The notes beneath the pieces were generated by a model. It ran no database searches. It was not told the DNA's origin and worked only from the letters and a program-made list of their open reading frames with translations. Positions 62,853 through 64,000 of a stretch of 64,000 nt of DNA are shown here, piece after piece (the stretch's first letter is position 1; the number at the start of each line of letters is the position of its first letter). Position numbers and translations under genes: made by a program. Where the stretch lies: assembly GCA_965644315.1 (NCBI GenBank), contig CBFFRQ010000040.1:186001-250000 (forward strand). Reading direction: 5' to 3'. This stretch comes from Caecitellus pseudoparvulus (lineage: Eukaryota > Protista > Bigyra: Bicosoecida).

Positions 62853-63450
62853 GCCTGCCGATGGCGTGTGAGCCTTCCACGAGCCTCCGCAGCACAACTC
62901 CATGCAGCGATACCGCAGCACTGCCCCCCCGTGCAGCACGCACTGCATGCACACGATAGCACGTGGGCCGGGCACGTGCTGCCGGCTTCCCCAGGCGGGG
63001 TCCTGCAGTGCCAAACAAGCGCCTGGCGCAGGAAAGGCAACTGGGGCCTGCCTCAGACCGTGTCCACAGCGTCCTTCCAAGCCTCCAAGACCCACACCAC
63101 TTGTGAGGCTTCCATTTCATGTGTTCTTCGCGTGCAGTTTGATTTGAATAGCGCTGTCGGGCCGACTGATTTGCAGCCCACACATGCACCCCCCTCCACC
63201 TCACCGCCCCCACCACACTGCCCACGCCACACCTTGCACCGTGCACATGCTCAGCAATGCCACGTGTGGTGCCCTGCGTACCTTCACTGCGTGCCACGCA
63301 TCTCACACGGGACGCCCGACACGCGTGACTGGCGGCGGCCGTGCAGAGCCAGTTCACAGCCATTTCACTGCAGGCGAGCGTACTCCCTGCTTGTCCCACC
63401 CTGACACCCGGCAGTCACTGCACGCCGCATGAGGCATCGGGCCTAGAGCC

Positions 63451-64000
63451 ATGGGCAGTGGGTCGTGGGTGAAACCTGAGCCTGGCCAGTCAACATCGGA
63501 CGACATGTCCCGACCAGCCGTCAGCGCACCCAGTCCACTGGCTGCAAGCCCCAGCGAGGAGCCGTCCTCGCCAGAGCAGCGCACAGTGTACGCGGGTGAC
63601 GCCTCCAAGAACGACTTTTGTGATAACCGGGTCATCACCTCCAAGTACACGTGGTGGAACTTCTTGTTCCTGTTTCTGTGGGCAAAGTTTCGCGTGCGTG
63701 CGCGCCAGCCATGAAACGCCTGTGCAACGCCTGCCATACACGCTGACTCGCCCCTTCCGCGGCCCTGCGCACGTTCTTCGACTCGCCCTCGCGCAGTATG
63801 AGTTCGCCAATGTGGGTTACTTGATGCTTGCGCTGCCCTGTGCGCGATGTGCCCCTCACGCCGTGCTTCACGTGCGCCCCACAGCGTTACTTTTTGGTCA
63901 TCTGCATCCTGCAAGCCATTCCGCAAGTGAGCATTACCAACGGCGTGCCGACGACGGCGGCCCCCCTGGCCTTCGTCCTGGCTGTGGATGGTCTCTTCAC
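63451..64000 (+). CDS. 5' end of a P4-type ATPase (phospholipid flippase); continues beyond the window
   Basis: FCDNRVITSKYTWWNFL, a micro-exon near 63797-63811 (YEFAN), then YFLVICILQAIPQVSITNGVPTTAAPLAFVLAV. Confidence 0.9.

Noticed and set aside
62853-63095. N-terminal extension of the LRR ORF from a non-ATG start (likewise 46156-46200 of NFX1 and 57867-57974 of PKD2)
   Set aside because: These are probably 5'-UTR read-through; downstream ATGs better fit the signal peptide or the first conserved motif.

Overview
Gene-dense, GC-rich eukaryotic nuclear DNA with short GT-AG introns (mostly about 65-130 nt; donors typically GTGCGT, GTGAGT or GTACGT). The gene content suggests a flagellated protist, possibly a Cafeteria-like stramenopile (inference only). 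About 21 protein genes can be supported, many only after manual splicing, so the ORF track is often in the wrong frame or reads through introns. Housekeeping genes: an RCC1-BTB protein, PP5, NECAP, a TmcB/C-like PAS membrane protein, CFAP418, an NAD-IDH regulatory subunit, Sec61-gamma, APH1, RPL35 (with an intronic box C/D snoRNA whose guide matches LSU rRNA), PRPF38B with a Tudor domain, a divergent TFIIA large subunit, NFX1, PKD2 and a P4-ATPase. Accessory-looking genes: an ABCC transporter, a ~3,100-aa multi-FG-GAP/mucin-stalk/multipass receptor, and a VLR-like type I receptor with ~26 LRRs. Head-to-head with the FG-GAP receptor is a frameshifted gene that appears to encode an MLKL-like helical N-terminus, a degenerate pseudokinase and six near-identical ankyrin repeats; this is the best candidate for an undescribed system, but its domain calls are by-eye inference. 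No rRNA, tRNA, CRISPR array or transposase was recognised. All homology calls come from motif recognition; no searches were run.
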